NCBI GenBank assembly: GCA_965603825.1
Contig: CBFDEM010000039.1
Span: 574,612-638,611, forward strand
Source: Blepharisma stoltei ATCC 30299
Taxonomy: Eukaryota; Protista; Ciliophora
Reading direction: 5' to 3'
Length of the DNA stretch: 64,000 bases
In this document: positions 62,193 to 64,000 of the stretch, piece by piece
Layout: each line of letters starts with the position of its first letter
How positions within the stretch are numbered: the stretch's first letter is position 1
Notes under the pieces: generated by a model
What the model was told of the DNA's origin: nothing
Databases searched by the model: none
The model's input: only the letters and a program-made list of their open reading frames with translations
Position numbers and translations under genes: made by a program

Positions 62193-64000
62193 GGGTGTTA
62201 GGGTTGGTTTAGGGTGTTAGGGTGTTAGGGTGTTAGGGTGTTAGGGTGTTAGGTGTTAGGTGTTAGGGTGGTTTAGGGTGTTAGGGTGTTAGGGTGTTAG
62301 GGTGTTAGGGTGTTAGGGTGTTAGGGTGTTAGGGTGTTAGGGTGTTAGGGTGTTAGGGTGTTAGGGTGTTAGGGTGTTAGGGTGTTAGGGTGTTAGGGTG
62401 TTAGGGTGTTAGGGTGTTAGGGTGTTAGGGGTGTTAGGGTGTTAGGGTGTTAGGGTGTTAGGTGTTAGGGTGTTAGGGTGTTAGGGTGTTGGAGTTAGGG
62501 TGTTAGGGTGTTAGGGTGTTAGGGTGTTAGGGTGTTAGGGTGTTAGGGTGTTAGGGTGTTAGGGTGTTAGGGTGTTAGGGTGTTAGGGTGTTAGGGTGTT
62601 AGGGTGTTAGGGTGTTAGGGTGTTAGGGTGTTAGGGTGTTAGGGTGTTAGGGTGTTAGGTGTTAGGGTGTTAGGGTGTTAGGGGTGTTAGGGTGTTAGGG
62701 TGTTAGGGTGTTAGGGTGTTAGGGTGTTAGGGTGTTACGGGTGTTAGGGTGTTAGGGTGTTAGGGTGTTAGGGTGTTAGGGTGTTAGGGTGTTAGGGTGT
62801 TAGGGTGTTAGGGGTGTTAGGGTGTTAGGGTGTTAGGGTGTTAGGGTGTTAGGGTGTTAGGGTGTTAGGGTGTTAGGGTGTTAGGGTGTTAGGGTGTTAG
62901 GTGTTAGGGTGTTAGGGTGTTAGGGTGTTAGGGTGTTAGGGTGTTAGGGGGGTGTTAGGGTGTTAGGGTGTTAGGGTGTTAGGGTGTTAGGGTGTTAGGG
63001 TGTTAGGGTGTTAGGGTGTTAGGGTGTTAGGGTGTTAGGGTGTTAGGGTGTTAGGGTGTTAGGGTGTTAGGGTGTTAGGGTGTTAGGGTGTTAGGGTGTT
63101 AGGGTGTTAGGGTGTTAGGGTGTTAGGGTGTTAGGGTGTTAGGGTGTTAGGGTGTTAGGGTGTTAGGGTGTTAGGGTGTTAGGGTGTTAGGGTGTTAGGG
63201 TGTTTAGGGTGTTAGGGTGTTAGGGTGTTAGGGTGTTAGGGTGTTAGGGTGTTAGGGTGTTAGGGTGTTAGGGTGTTAGGGTGTTAGGGTGTTAGGGTGT
63301 TAGGGTGTTAGGGTGTTAGGGTGTTAGGGGTGTTAGGGTGTTAGGGTGTTAGGGTGTTAGGGTGTTAGGGTGTTAGGGTGTTAGGGTGTTAGGAGGTGTT
63401 AGGGTGTTAGGGTGTTAGGGTGTTAGGGTGTTAGGGTGTTAGGGTGTTAGGGTGTTAGGGTGTTAGGGTGTTAGGGTGTTAGGGTGTTAGGGTGTTAGGG
63501 TGTTAGGGTGTTAGGGTGTTAGGGTGTTAGGGTGTTAGGGTGTTAGGGTGTTAGGGTGTTAGGGTGTTAGGGTGTTAGGGTGTTAGGGTGTTAGGGTGTT
63601 AGGGTGTTAGGGTGTTAGGGTGTTAGGGTGTTTAGGGTGTTAGGGTGTTAGGGTGTTAGGGTGTTAGGGTGTTAGGGTGTTAGGGTGTTAGGGTGTTAGG
63701 GTGTTAGGGTGTTAGGGTGTTAGGGTGTTAGGGAGGTGTTAGGGTGTTAGGGTGTTAGGGTGTTAGGGTGTTAGGGTGTTAGGGTGTTAGGGTGTTAGGG
63801 TGTTAGGGTGTTAGGGTGTTAGGGGTGTTAGGGTGTTAGGTGTTAGGTGTTAGGGTGTTAGGGTGTTAGGGTGTTAGGGTGTTAGGGTGTTAGGGTGTTA
63901 GGGGTGTTAGGGTGTTAGGGTGTTAGGGTGTTAGGGTGTTAGGGTGTTAGGGTGTTAGGGAAGTGTTAGGGTGTTAGGGTGTTAGGGTGTTAGGGTGTTA
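62193..64000 (+). repeat. Telomeric array (GGGTGTTA)n = (CCCTAACA)n on the reverse strand
   Basis: 8-bp tandem repeat running to the end of the window, with the G-rich strand 5'->3' toward the end and scattered variant units. Confidence 0.98.

Noticed and set aside
62193-64000. CRISPR array or satellite
   Set aside because: There are no spacers; it is an 8-bp telomeric unit running to the sequence end.

Overview
Telomere-capped end of a heterotrich ciliate macronuclear chromosome, most likely Blepharisma. The evidence is a (CCCTAACA)n telomere, UGA read as Trp (only TAA/TAG stop) and 15-16 nt spliceosomal introns, so the supplied ORF track is fragmented. From left to right: the 3' end of a non-LTR retrotransposon abutting a truncated RBR E3-ligase pseudogene; a possible LINE ORF1 relic; an intact RBR ligase; succinyl-CoA ligase beta; a divergent DDX41-like helicase; a tandem array of eight Cys-rich secreted/GPI-type surface-protein genes (5 intact, 3 broken, one carrying a 155-bp insertion with a 10-bp direct repeat) with a beta-tubulin-like pseudogene inside the array; PP2C; a small multi-pass membrane protein; four ~2,450-aa paralogous membrane receptors (LNR/Notch repeats + parallel beta-helix + Cys-rich + ~9-TM TRP/Pkd2-like C-terminus) sharing two conserved 15-nt introns, with a DENN-domain gene between the third and fourth copies; a VIT/vWA relic; and at least 1.8 kb of telomere. 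All domain calls are by eye from motifs; no database searches were run.
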